A stretch of DNA of 64,000 nt from Octopus bimaculoides. Lineage: Eukaryota. Both the position numbers and the translations under genes were made by a program. Positions 24,401 through 36,362 of the stretch are shown piece after piece (position 1 is the first letter of the stretch; every line of letters begins with the position of its first letter). The notes under the pieces were generated by a model. That model saw only the letters and a program-made list of their open reading frames with translations, made no database searches and had not been told where the DNA came from. Location: positions 14,033,583-14,097,582 of the forward strand of contig NC_069004.1 in NCBI RefSeq assembly GCF_001194135.2, read 5' to 3'.

Positions 24401-26489
24401 TTTTTTGATAAAAATAAATGAATATTGTATGTTTTCTTTTTTTTTTTCATAACTGTATATCTACTTTTGTACCACCCTGTATATATCTATATGTGTGTGT
24501 CTTTGTGTATGTGCTTGTCAGTTGGTGTTAGTTTGTTTATGTCCCCATGATCTAGCTGTTCAGCAAAAGAGATCGATAGAATAATTAGCAAGTGTAAAAA
24601 AATAAAAAAATACTGAGGTCAATTCCTTCTTCAAGGCAGTGCCCCAGCATGACTGCCATCTAATGACTGAAATGAGTAAAAGATAAAAAGATCTGTATTA
24701 TTTCTGGCACAGATGTTTGATAGCCTGGTGCCTTTTCTGCTGTTAACCACTCAAATTATAAAGAAGGAATCTGGTATCAATGATGTTGGCTGAAGCAAGA
24801 AGAGTTCTATAGCTTGCATTGTGGTGGGACACAATGACTGAGAAGATTTGATCTTAGCATAATGGCTGTAGTAAGATTTGAAGTGAACTAGTCAAAGAAA
24901 GAGATAGGAAAGTTTATTTATTATTTAAAAAAACAAATAATGATAATATACATAAATAAGCAGTCAGGTGTTTTTGAAAACAGCAGGAAAAGAAAAATGC
25001 AGTTCTGTCATGAATGGTCAATATGTCTGTGGAAGTAGGACTGAGACAATGTAGAAAAGCTGCAACTATTTTCTAAGGGATGGTGGAATCAGCAATGGAA
25101 ACTAAATTTCAATAAGATGCTGCCAAGAATTCCTCATAAAGCAGGCATCAGACACAAAATATTTGAATTATATTCACGGGGAGATTTGAAAAGATTTGCT
25201 GAGAAGAATACACTGTGCAATGTTGAACGGATATTAAATCAACGTTTAGAATGCCACATAAATTGCTTTCTTTTCACGAATAATTGACAGAACTGAAGAT
25301 AACTATATAAACATCAACAGAGGAAAGGCTAGACTGTTTTGCAGTGAACAGAATAAATAAATATTGAAACAGACAAAAACCATAAAGTGATTCATATTCT
25401 TAATTTTGTTTTAAAAGACACAAAGGTCAAAATCTTGAAAATTTGATGGATTATTGAAGTATTTTTCTTTTACTTCTAAGTATTTTTTAATTTATTTGTT
25501 TGATATATGAGAGTCTATCAACTCATCAGAATAACAAAATGCAATGAAAACAAGGACTTTGATAACACATTATTCACATGGTTTTAAACCAAGTGTAAGA
25601 ATTTATTTCAAAATTCATTTGCTTTTTCTTTATGTATTGTTTTGACAACATAACCGCCCACCTCTCTCTTGTCTAGAAAATTTCCAGACTATTTATTAGG
25701 AGAACAGCTATTTTCTTGTATCGAATCATTATTTTCTTGTTAGTAATTGATTTACCATCTTCATATGAACATAACCACACACAAAAAAAAAAAAAAAAAA
25801 TCTTTACTTATCTCTGACTGTTATATTCTATTTTTATATTTAATTGCTTGCTGAAAGTGGTGGATGGACAGAATCAGTAGAGTGTTAGAAAATGCCCTGT
25901 AGTAGCTGTTCAGGTTCTTTACATTCCGAGTTCAAATCATACTGCAGTTAACGGTGTTCAAGGATTTGTTTTTATTTCACTAAACTAGTTTAATGACAGA
26001 ATGACCAGTTGTAATATCAACAAGAAATTTAAATTATCACGTTGGGTGAATAGTTTTTAAGGTGGTACTCCAGCATGGCTGCAATCAAATGACCAAAACG
26101 TAAAAGAATAAATCATATCACTGTTTTATTCAGATGGTGATAAGTTAAACCATGGGATGTCAACATTCATGCACATAAGCACAAGCGTGGCTGTGTGGTA
26201 AGAGGCTCGCTTCCCAACCGCATGGTTCCAGGTTCAGTCTCACCGCATGGCACCTTAAGCAAGTGTTGTCTACTATAGCCTTGGGCCAACCAAAGCCTTG
26301 TGAGTGGACTTGGTAGACAGAAACTGAAAGAAGCTGCTTGTATATATCTATGTACATATTTATGTGTGTGTCTTTGTTTGTCCCCCTACCATCATTTGAC
26401 AACTAATGTTGGTGTGTTTATGTCCCCAAAACTTAGCGGTTCGACAAAAGAGGCCAATAGAATAAGTACCAGTATCTGTTCTTCCTCAT

Positions 26490-26880
26490 AGCAGGCAAGT
26501 AATGGGTTGTAAGCAGAAGCAATGTGTAGTCACTGAGTTCTTGATGAAGAAGCATGCAGGCTGTACAACACCTACAGGAGGCTTCAAGTTGTTTATGGAG
26601 ATGGCACCACTGGCAAGAACAACGTGCACAGATGGATGAAGTTCAAGGAAGGAGGAACCAGAATGGAAGATTAGAAATGAAGTGGGAGTTCATCAACTGT
26701 GATCACAGATGTGAATCACCAGCAAATGGACAAATAAGAATCAGTAAGGTTACTGCACAGCTGGACTGTAATAACAATACATTACAAAAGGTGGTGAAAG
26801 GAAGTCTGCTCTGATCTGCTGGAAGCATTTGAAGTCAATGAGGACGTTTTTCCTCCCTGGCCATGTCCCCTACTCTTTCT
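26490..26880 (+). mobile_element. Degenerate mariner transposase N-terminal (HTH) fragment
   Basis: Frameshifted QKQCVVTEFL...YRRLQVVYGDGTTGKNNVHRWMKFKEGGTRMED*K*SGSSSTVITDVN resembles mariner QRAVIEFL...HRRL..VYGD....STVRRW..FKEG...ED.PRSGRP.T. Confidence 0.72.
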
Positions 26881-26914
26881 CTCTCAGCTGAGAGGTCTTT
26901 GTTTTACAGGCTCA

Positions 26915-27260
26915 CAGGTGCTGGTGCTACATAAAAAGCACCTGTTGTGGTGCCATGTAAAAAAGCACCCATGCTGGTGTCATATAGAAAAGCATCTGTT
27001 TCTGTAGCAGGTAAAAAGCACCTGTGCTGGTGCCATGTAGAAAAAGTACCTGTGCTGGTGTCACATAGAAACACACTTGTGCCGGTGCCATATAGGAAAG
27101 CACTTGTGCCGGTGCCATATAGAAAAGCACTTGTGCCGGTGCTACATAGAACGCACTCATGCTGGTGTCACGATAAGAACACACATGCCAGTGCTATATA
27201 AAAAGCATTTGTGCTGGTGCCACATAACAGCATGCATGCTGGTAGCACGTAAAAAACACC
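26915..27260. repeat. 26-27 bp minisatellite (about 13 units) inside a SINE D copy
   Basis: Units such as cacttgtgccggtgccatatagaaaag, directly abutting one another. Confidence 0.85.
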
Positions 27261-27990
27261 CAGTACACTCTGTAAAGTGGCTGGTGTTAGGAAGAGCAAC
27301 CAGCTGTAGAATCCATGCCAAAACAGACAGTTGGAACCTGGACAGCTCTCTGGCTGACTAGCTCCTGTCAAACCATCCAATCCATGACAGCATGAAAAAT
27401 GGAGGTTAAATGAGGATTATGAACCAAAACATGAAGACTCAGTCCAAAGAATGGTGACACACCTCTTCTTGAATATATACACACACACACACATGCAAAT
27501 CCATATATAAATATATATTCTATTGGTATATAAATACTCAGTTTTCTGATGAACTAAATACTTATTCATTAACAAGTGAATTTAATCACTATTTTTGTTT
27601 CCAAATTAACTTATACTACACTTGAGTTCTGTTAATTTCACTAGAGAATGAGGAATATTCTTTGAATATATGTAAATAACAGATACATTTAATTATTTTT
27701 AATGAAGCAATGGTTTTTAAATACTTTTTCTAATAATTGCAAAATTTTTTCTGCAGGAAAGGGGAAGAAAAAACAGAAGACAAATTGTTTATCATTTTTA
27801 AAGATAACTTTTTATTCCTGTGCCAAAAATTCATCAAAATAGACAAAATTATTTTCATTTATAGTAATTGCATTATTCAAATCTTCCAAATTAATCAAAA
27901 ATATTTAGCTATCTTTATAACATTCATGTACGGCAACTCAAACTGAATATATTACCATGTATCTTTTCTATGTATGCATACTTACATATA

Positions 27991-28045
<55 letters not shown>

Positions 28046-28159
28046 CATCATCATCATTTATGCTGGTATGGGTTAGACAGTTTGACTGGAACTGGTAAAC
28101 CGGAGAGCTGCACCTAGTTCCAATTGCCTGCTTTGGCATGATTTCTACAGCTGGATGCA

Positions 28160-28221
28160 TGAAATGCCGCTAAGCATTTTGCCTGGTGTGCTAATAATTC
28201 TGCTAGCTCGACACTCTAATG

Positions 28222-28259
<38 letters not shown>

Positions 28260-28705
28260 TCCTTTCTATTATATGCCAATTTTGGGTAGGGAGGGGCCTA
28301 GTCAATTATAACAACCCCAGTGCATAACTGGCACTTATTTCATCGACCATGATAGGATGAAAGGTAAAGTTGACCTCAGCAGAGTTTGAACGCAAAAAAT
28401 AAAAAGATGGAAAAAATGCTGCTAAGCATATCACCTGACACAGTAACGATTCTGCCAGCTAGCCTCCTTAATAATGATGATAATAATAATCTTTTCTTCT
28501 AAAGGCACAAGGCCTGAAATTTGGGGAAAGGGGACTAGTTGAATACATTGACCACAGTGTTTCACTGGTACTTAATTTATTGACCCTGAAAGGATGAAAG
28601 GCAAAGTCGGCCTCGGTGGAATTTGAACACAGAATGTAGTGACAGGCAAAATACTGTTAAGCATTTTGTCCAGTGTGCTAATGATTCTGCCAGCTTGCTG
28701 CTTTA
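28160..28705 (-). mobile_element. Cluster of SINE A copies in (AAT)n tracts
   Basis: A fragment plus two near-full copies (28258-28470, 28490-28705). Confidence 0.8.
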
Positions 28706-29097
28706 ATAATAATAATGATAATAATAATAATAATAACAATGATAATGATAATAATACTAAGCGCTATACTAGAAGCAGGCTGGCTGATGATAATCTATGT
28801 GGAGCTCTAAAGCTCAGCAGTAGAAGACATGTACTTCTTTTTCATATTTCTGTGTGAATGATTACATTCTAATCAACCAATTCATGTGAAAGAAAGAATT
28901 AAAAAATAGCAGACATTGCTTATTATTAAAATTTCATGGTCTCCTGTGACTGCCTTGTTTCGATATATGAATATGCATGGGTGTGTGTATATGAGTATGT
29001 GTGCGTGTAAATGCATGTGGGCATGTGTGTGCATATGTGCACATATGAGAGTGCATGTGTGAGCATGTTGGTAAGTGTGTAAAAGTACATGTGTGTA

Positions 29098-29186
<89 letters not shown>

Positions 29187-29639
29187 GTGTATATGTACCT
29201 GTATATTTATGCATGCACGTGTGTGTACAAGTGAGTTGAGTCAAGAGTCATAGGAAGAGTCTCAAAAATAGGAATGGATAAAATCCCATCTGCAATTGCT
29301 GACTACACTGTACATTACTGATGGTCGTTTCTATTGTGCCAGCATATTTAGATATAGAAAAGAGATACAAAATATCAGTCAAATTAATATAAGCAAAAAT
29401 ATATGCTAACACATTATCAAGGCAAATTATAGCCAGCACTATCAAATCACATTTTAAGGCTCTCTCTCCCTTTCTCTCTTCACACATACACTTTTATTAA
29501 AACTGCAAAATTACCACAAGACTGTTACTCAGAGTTTCAAGTTCCTGTTTGGCAGACAGTAGCGATGAAAACTGACAAACAGGAAATGCGAAACTTGTGA
29601 TAATTTTGCAGCATTAATAAAAGCATATTACTCTACCTT

Positions 29640-29676
29640 TGGTATTCGAGAACTATTTTTTCCTCCTTGTTTTGCC

Positions 29677-29732
<56 letters not shown>

Positions 29733-29935
29733 TGTATATGATAGATCACTGACCAAACAGCATTCAATTTTTTTTCTCCATGTTTTTCTCCTTGTTTTCT
29801 CCGTATTGTTTCTGTTGAAGAGCGTAGCTCGAAACGTTAAAGACTTTCTGTATTCCCAAGCGTCAAACTAATACATCCTTTTGTTGTTTACACCACCTGT
29901 CCTCGTCTGTTGTTGTTTTTTTCGTACATTCTCCC

Positions 29936-29940
<5 letters not shown>
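29640..29940 (+). mobile_element. Short non-autonomous Penelope-like repeat containing a hammerhead-like motif
   Basis: A second copy lies in reverse at 52922-53130 (shared ttccc.agcgt...ctaatacatc...caccacctgtc.tcgtctgttgtt). A related subfamily lies at 45556-45815. The Penelope assignment rests only on the hammerhead-like motif. Confidence 0.55.
29809..29841 (+). ncRNA. Minimal type-I hammerhead-like motif (A6U variant, GUU site)
   Basis: UUU|CUGUUGA|A|GAGC-gua-GCUC|GAAAC|GUU|AAA. Confidence 0.6.
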
Positions 29941-29988
<48 letters not shown>

Positions 29989-30789
29989 TATGTATATATA
30001 TATGTATATATATAGGTGTGTGTATAAAAACAGTGTTAGTGTTGAGCTGCTTCCTTTCACATCAAGTGATTTCTTACCCATTTAGCGATAGAGACCAATA
30101 AATAAGAATGCAAAACTGAAATCAAAGAAAAAAAAAACGAACAAAAAAACCCTTAAAAGTAGTGCCCCAGCATAGACACATGCAGTCCAGTGGTTGAAAC
30201 CAGTAAAAGAACAAGCAAATAAAAGAAATGCAAAGTAAAACCCAGATTATTTTACATCAATCTAGCATGGACCTAATGAGTAACTAATTCCATGTTGTTA
30301 GAAAGCTTGCTACAAATCTAGTCACATATTAACATCTGATCTTATTAACTTGGTTTCAAAGAGTATCTAATGCTGAGGTCTTTGGACTGATAAGAGGAGA
30401 GGTTTGCTCTTTTGAATTAGGTGAAACCAAATTGTTCTTGAAATTATTCATTTCCCATCAAAGTTTATCATTATCATTGAGAATGCTGCTTGTTATACAT
30501 TCCATCAACTGATGTAGACATAAATTACATGTTTTACAAATTTGCAAAATTGGCCAATTTCTGTTGATAGCACAGGATACACATATACATACATGTGTAC
30601 AGACACAGACACAGACATACAGGAGATGCAGGACATAGACACATACAATACTCTGATGCACACACAGGGCATGGACAGACAGACATACACGTGTGTGGAC
30701 ACACATACACGTGTAAGATTGTTCTTAGTTTATAGAATTTGTATTTAGTGTGTTTGATGAATGTGACTCCAGTTGTTAGTAGCTAACTG

Positions 30790-31112
30790 GAGAGAAAGTA
30801 AGAGGAGAGAAAGTGAGTAAGGAGGAAGCAAGAGGTGGAGTAAAGTAAGAAGGGGAGAAAGGAGGAGGGGGAAAAAGCAAGAGGGAGAGAAAGCAAAAGG
30901 GGAGAGAGTAGGACAAAGGGGAAAAGCATGAAGAGGAGGGGAATAAAGTGAAATGTGAAAGGGAGAGGAAGTGAGAGGGGGTGAAAGTGAGAAGGGGAGA
31001 GAGAGTGAGAAGGAGAGAGAGCAAGAAGGGGAAGAGAGCAAGAAAGGGAAGAGTGCAAAAAGGGGAGGTAAGAGGGGAAGAGAGTGAGAGGTAGAAAAGC
31101 AAGGGGAGAAAG
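30790..31112 (+). repeat. Polypurine (GA-rich) low-complexity tract of about 320 bp
   Basis: Almost entirely G/A on the plus strand. Confidence 0.85.
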
Positions 31113-31129
31113 GAGGAGATCCTCATGGA

Positions 31130-33200
31130 TCCCTCAAGATTAATGAGACTGACACTATTAACAGCTCCCTTAAACAGTTGCAAGGCGGGAATTCCAGAAT
31201 GCTGGCATTTTGTGGAGTGAAATACTGAGTGCAGCAGTTAGTAAAGTGCATAGGGGGGAAATGGTGGACAAAATAACGGATGGTGAGCAATAAGATGTAA
31301 GAGCAATACCATCCCAGATGTGGAAACAGCACTGTCTTAGGCGTAGGTAAAGGTTACCTTCTTGAGTCATGTCAACTCCTGGTTTCCATAGTGTATAAAT
31401 TGCCCACCTGGACAGGACACCAGTCCATCACAGGATTACTCATTTTTACCAGCTGAGTGGACTGGAGCAATGTGAAATGAAGTGTTTTGCTCAAGAACAC
31501 AATGTGTCACCCAGTCCAAGAATCAAAACCACAATCTTATGATCTTAAGTCATGCACCTCCACCTCCCAAGTGTAGGAACAATACCACTGTAGAAGTAGG
31601 AGCAACACTGTCCCAGCTGTGGGAGAAATACCATTGTAGAAGTGGTAGCAGCACGTCTTAAATATTGAGGCAACACTCTAATATGAGTCTTACTCAAACT
31701 TTGTGGAGGATCAGTAGTGGTTGGGAGATAAAGTATATCGTTTAGAGGATCAGTAGTGTTTGGGAGATAAAGTATATTTTTTCCTTAGCTCTAAAGAAGG
31801 AAGGCAAATCATTTCTATATTGATGATGTGCATTTGCCAGGAGAGATCCTCAGTTGATTTCTAGCTTGTGAGACAACTGTTGGAAGTTTTAGTTATGTGT
31901 TATTTCACAACCATCGCAGTGCAAAGCGCTCCTGATGAATGCAGTTTGTGAGAAGGTTGTGATCTGTAAACAGTTGTGAGTAGAAACCAGAAAAAGAAGA
32001 ATGAACATGTAATGTGCATGTGCACATTGAATTTGTAAAATGGAAAAGAAGAATAAAGATGCACTATGTATGTCAAAATAAAATGGAAGAGATGAATAAG
32101 AACACAATGTCAAACAAGTTACATGATGGTCAGCATGCCACATCTGATACCACCATCACACAGCTTTGCTGCAATTTTCTTGTTGTTCATGTTGAGGGAA
32201 TAAGGGTGGTGGTGTGCAATAGTGTTTCTTTGGATATTGATTATGTCTTTGTTGCCAAAACAGACACAACTGACCTGACACTCTTGAAGGATGATGACAA
32301 ATTTCTGTTTATGGAGTCAGAATAGATTTAGTGTGAGAGGTCAAAATTGTATGTGGTTGATGCTTAGGATGCATCCAAGTTGAAAAAAAAAAAAACAGTG
32401 TGTCTGATGGAGCTCCATCAACATATGCCATCCAGTGTGATCTAACAGGAAGCTGCTAAGCTAAAGAATGGGAGACAGATGGAATGCATGGGTGGGCAAT
32501 TTTGACAGAAAATTCATGTTAGCCATGGTCAGATGCTTTACTGGTGTTGACAGTTTTCACAAGATTTCTCAACTGTGACTGACCAGAGGGGTGAAGTGAA
32601 ATGGATGTCTTCAGTGCAGGAAAAGACATGGCTGGAAAGTTGGTAGTAGTTGAAGGAGTTCAGAGAGCAGTGGTGGATGAATATGCATATAGAAGAGTGG
32701 AGAAGAGGGGCTTCGAGACAGAGTAACTGAAAGTCATTGTTGTTGTTGTCTAGGTGAGAAAAATGAGTGGTGAAGAAAGCAAAATCCACATATGGGCAGG
32801 TACTGTCTTTTGGTCTGAAGTTTAAATAAGAGTTGATGTAATTTGGACAGAAAGAGAATAGCTGCAACATATGAGAATGGTTGAGTGATAGGAGAATGGT
32901 CAAGAGATATGACAATGGTTGAGATATGACAATGGCTGAGAGAGATTGAGGAGAATGGGTGAGAGATAGGAGAATGATCGAGAGATACAAGAATGGTTGA
33001 GAGATACAAGAATGTTTGAGAGATACAAGAATGGTTGAGAGGTAGGAGAATGGTCGAGAGGTAGGAGAATGGTTGAGAGATACGAGAATGGTTGAGAGAT
33101 ATGAGAATGGTTGAGAGATATGAGAATGGTCAAGAAATAGGAGAATGGTTGACAAATATGAGTCTTGGATAATAACAGTATGGGTAATTTGCATGCTGTG
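31130..33200 (-). mobile_element. Highly decayed CR1-like LINE: endonuclease region plus 3' piece, interrupted by a SINE and a minisatellite
   Basis: On the minus strand, PNYINSYLNFRPKDSTCPYV, LCLEAPLLHSSICIF and ASDH (APE endonuclease motifs) lie at about 32850-32500. CFHIWDG and AFWNS (ORF2 C-terminal motifs) lie at 31370-31130, in the expected order. Confidence 0.5.
32875..33150. repeat. 19-bp minisatellite array (about 14 units)
   Basis: Unit gagagatacgagaatggtt with variants. Confidence 0.9.
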
Positions 33201-33962
33201 GGGGGGAGGTCATGTAACTATTTTATTAGTCAGTATAATTGTCATTTATAGATTTATCTATAAGGTTTTGTCGGAGATTTAGGAATGCAAACGATTCTTC
33301 ACAGCTTTTATTGATGCAGCAGGTGTGGGTAAGTGAGAGATGTAGATTAGTCCTTAGATCAAATGTAACTTGTATTGTTCACTCGAAATATCTGACACCT
33401 GTATCATTTTCTGGCAGCCAAAAAAGAAAAAAACAGATTTAAAATAATAATAAAATAAACAACACAAAAACTGTTTCTACCTCCACGGGGACCAATTGGC
33501 AGTTAACGGAATCCCTTGGAACAAATATTATCAGATGCTGCTGCCAATAATATTTGTTACCCCCCCCCCCCCATCCACCACCGCCACACACTCCCTGGCA
33601 TCAAATGAAAAGAAAACAAAAACATTCTGTAGTTGCTAGTTTGAATTCTGTAAGTATTGTGTTGATCATGATTAGGATAAATGACTTATATCAATATATT
33701 TGTTTTCAGGCGTAAGTTGTTTGGTGAACACCACACTTGAGTAGTGCGTACATGAAGTGTTAGATTGCTTTGATGTCCGACGACTATTCATGCTGTGTAG
33801 TAAAGATTGTTTGCCTACATAACATGGCAGTCCTGGTTTAGGACTAATGTTGCTGTGATTTAGCCCCAGGAAACTTCGTCTCCAGCTGGTTATACGACAC
33901 GGTCTGTGTCCTTATATTTTCGAACAAGGGAATCTAGCACCCCCACTCAACTCAAAACAATA

Positions 33963-34007
33963 TCTGTGTATCACGATTTCTGGGTTATTTCTTTTCGTCA
34001 GCACAGA
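33963..34007 (-). ncRNA. Hammerhead-like motif with intact core and broken stem II
   Basis: UCUGUG|CUGACGA|aaagaaauaaccca|GAAAUC-gu-GAU|A|CACAGA: 6-bp stem I and near-palindromic stem III. Confidence 0.6.
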
Positions 34008-34412
34008 ATAATTGCTCGGCTAGAGGTGGCGCTTCCAAATTCCTGCCCGAAGTACTATTGCTGAATATCTCATGTTGTGAGATTTAAAAATTGTAATTTT
34101 CAATATTCATGCTGTTCCTGAGTCTCTTTTAAGTGGTTTCAAATTTTGGCATAAGGCCAGTAATTGTGTGGGCATAGGTTAAGTCGATTACATCAACCCC
34201 AGTGCTGGGTTGATGCTTATTTTATTGACCTCCACCAAAAAAGATGGAAGGGAAAGATGACCTTGGTGGAATTTCCACACAGAACATAAAGATGGACAAA
34301 ATGCTGTTAAGCATTTTGCTTGGCATGCTAATGATTCTGCCAGTTCGCTGCTTTAGAACTTCTTTAATTGGAAAGGGAGGTTATTGGACAAATAGAGAAT
34401 AGCTGAGACTTA

Positions 34413-34640
34413 TGAGAATGGTTGAGAGATACGAGAATGGCTGAGAGATACGAGAATGGTCAAGAGATACGAGAATGGTCGAGAGATATGAGAATGGTCG
34501 AGAGATAGGAAAATGGTCAAGAGATAGGAAAATGGTCGAGAGATACGAGAATGGTCGAGAGGTATGAGAATGGCCAAGAGATATGAGAATGGCCAAGAGA
34601 TGAGAATGGTTGAGAGATAGGAGAATGGTTGAGAAATACG
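34413..34640. repeat. 19-bp minisatellite array (about 12 units)
   Basis: Same unit and homologous flanks as 32875-33150. Confidence 0.9.
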
Positions 34641-34879
34641 AGTCTTGGACAACAGTATGGGCAATTTGCATGCAGTGTGTGTGAGGAAGGAGGAAGGAAA
34701 CAGATGAAGATGTCATGTGACCATTTTATTTTGTGGTCCACAGATGCTCAATGGTAGGGTTCAGTCTCTGGCTGGCGTATGGGTCAGGGGTTTAATTTTA
34801 CCTCATGACACTTCAATACCTTCTATACTTCTCTAAGCATTAACAAGAGAAAAAAATACAAAAACAAAAAGAACCCAAC

Positions 34880-35540
34880 AAAACACAACAGTCAGTCTGC
34901 TGTAATATCTGGGGGACTTTGATGCAAACTAGACTCCTCACATCACTTCATACAAGCATGTAAGCCACTCTATTAATCTCTGAAACAAATCTTACATCTG
35001 TTATCTATAGTCTATCACTGATGTCCAGCATGCATGCATTCTTTAGGTCTTTACATCAGTCAAAAGGTGGTGCCCACACATATAGACTCTATTCTCCTCC
35101 CTCTCATCTGGGTTTCAGCTGAAAGGACTTCCATTTACAATGGCTAAAAAGTCCCCTCCCTCTACTTTTCTAAACACATCTGCTTCCTCTACAGATCTCC
35201 AAACTCTTTTACCACCAACAACCCTCTAACTATATTTCTTTCTGCACTGAGTATAAAAACCTCACCTCACCCCTCTCTGAAGTCAACTGCTTTGATGACC
35301 ACAGCATTGTACAAGCTAAGCCATTCTACAACACCAGTTTCATCAATGTATACACATTCATGCCAAGTGCAAAAGCACCACCAGTCAATTCAAGCCGACA
35401 AGACTACTGGTTTCGACAATGTCTCTCTATTACTCTCAAATCATGGATCCCATCACATTCTGCTGTTCTTGCCAAGCTTCTCTCACTATCCAGGAATCTA
35501 TGCTGATCTTCCTAAGGACAGAAAGAAAATAGAATAGGTG
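34880..35540 (+). mobile_element. Decayed CR1/L2-type LINE fragment
   Basis: SIQADKTTGFDNVSLLL resembles the K(A)TGPDNI motif preceding the RT domain. The upstream part is repeated in diverged form at about 36070-36260. Confidence 0.5.
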
Positions 35541-36281
35541 AAACAATCAGCAAAGATGCATTGTCCCATGCAGAAACTGTAGGAGCTACTCAGAAGTTTT
35601 ACAAGCTCTTCTAAACCCATTGCAATGTTGGAAACCCTTCTGCATCATCAGCAGGTATCTCATGGTCACAAATGTTTCAGCCTCAGCCTGTACACTTCAC
35701 CTGAGTGGAGCAGCAAGGACTGAACTAGTGTTCATCATATTTATTTATCCCTACTTAAACATGGATGTTCTGTTAGAATAAACTATACTGAGGTAAAAAC
35801 CACAAGAGAAACTCTCATATTGGCTTTTGGTGCAAAATGCACTTTTGTTTATATCACTAGTGAGGAAACAAACCCCAACTGCCTCAAGCACTGAGACCAC
35901 CAGATCATGTGATTTCAACCATCCGTGGTTTTGTCAATGATGGACACTTGATTGCTAGAGACAGCAGTGACTCATTTCCCCACAAGTGATATATAGACTA
36001 ACAGTGCCATTAGCCAGTGAGCTTGTTAAAAATATATATATTAGTGACAGAGGCAGTATTAATATCAAGTTGAGAAATCTCACATCTTTTATCTATAGTT
36101 CATCTCTGATGTCCATGATGTACGCACTCTTTACCCTTTTTACGCTAGCTGAAAGGAGGTGGTGCCAAGACACACATAAATTCCACTCTGTTCCCTCTCA
36201 TCTAGCTTTAAAGTCACCTTTCCCTACTTTTCCAAAAGCATCTACTTCCTGAAAATGAGATTAAAACCACCAACACCATCA

Positions 36282-36325
<44 letters not shown>

Positions 36326-36362
36326 ATAATAATAATAATAATAATAATAATAGCAATAATAA

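Noticed and set aside
24700-24760. AEKAPGYQTS resembling tomosyn QSPGYQTE
   Set aside because: Wrong position in exon order, an upstream in-frame stop and no donor. It lies next to probable decayed LINE sequence.
26915-27260. CRISPR-like appearance of the 27-bp and 19-bp arrays
   Set aside because: Units abut without unique spacers, the context is eukaryotic and there are no cas genes.
32538-33194. 218-aa ORF, the longest gap-free ORF, as a novel repeat protein
   Set aside because: It is open because the 19-bp unit lacks stops. The remainder is decayed LINE endonuclease, and overlapping frames are open as well.
33520-33558. 12-bp inverted repeat aacaaatattat/ataatatttgtt
   Set aside because: Short and very AT-rich, so plausible by chance in this composition.
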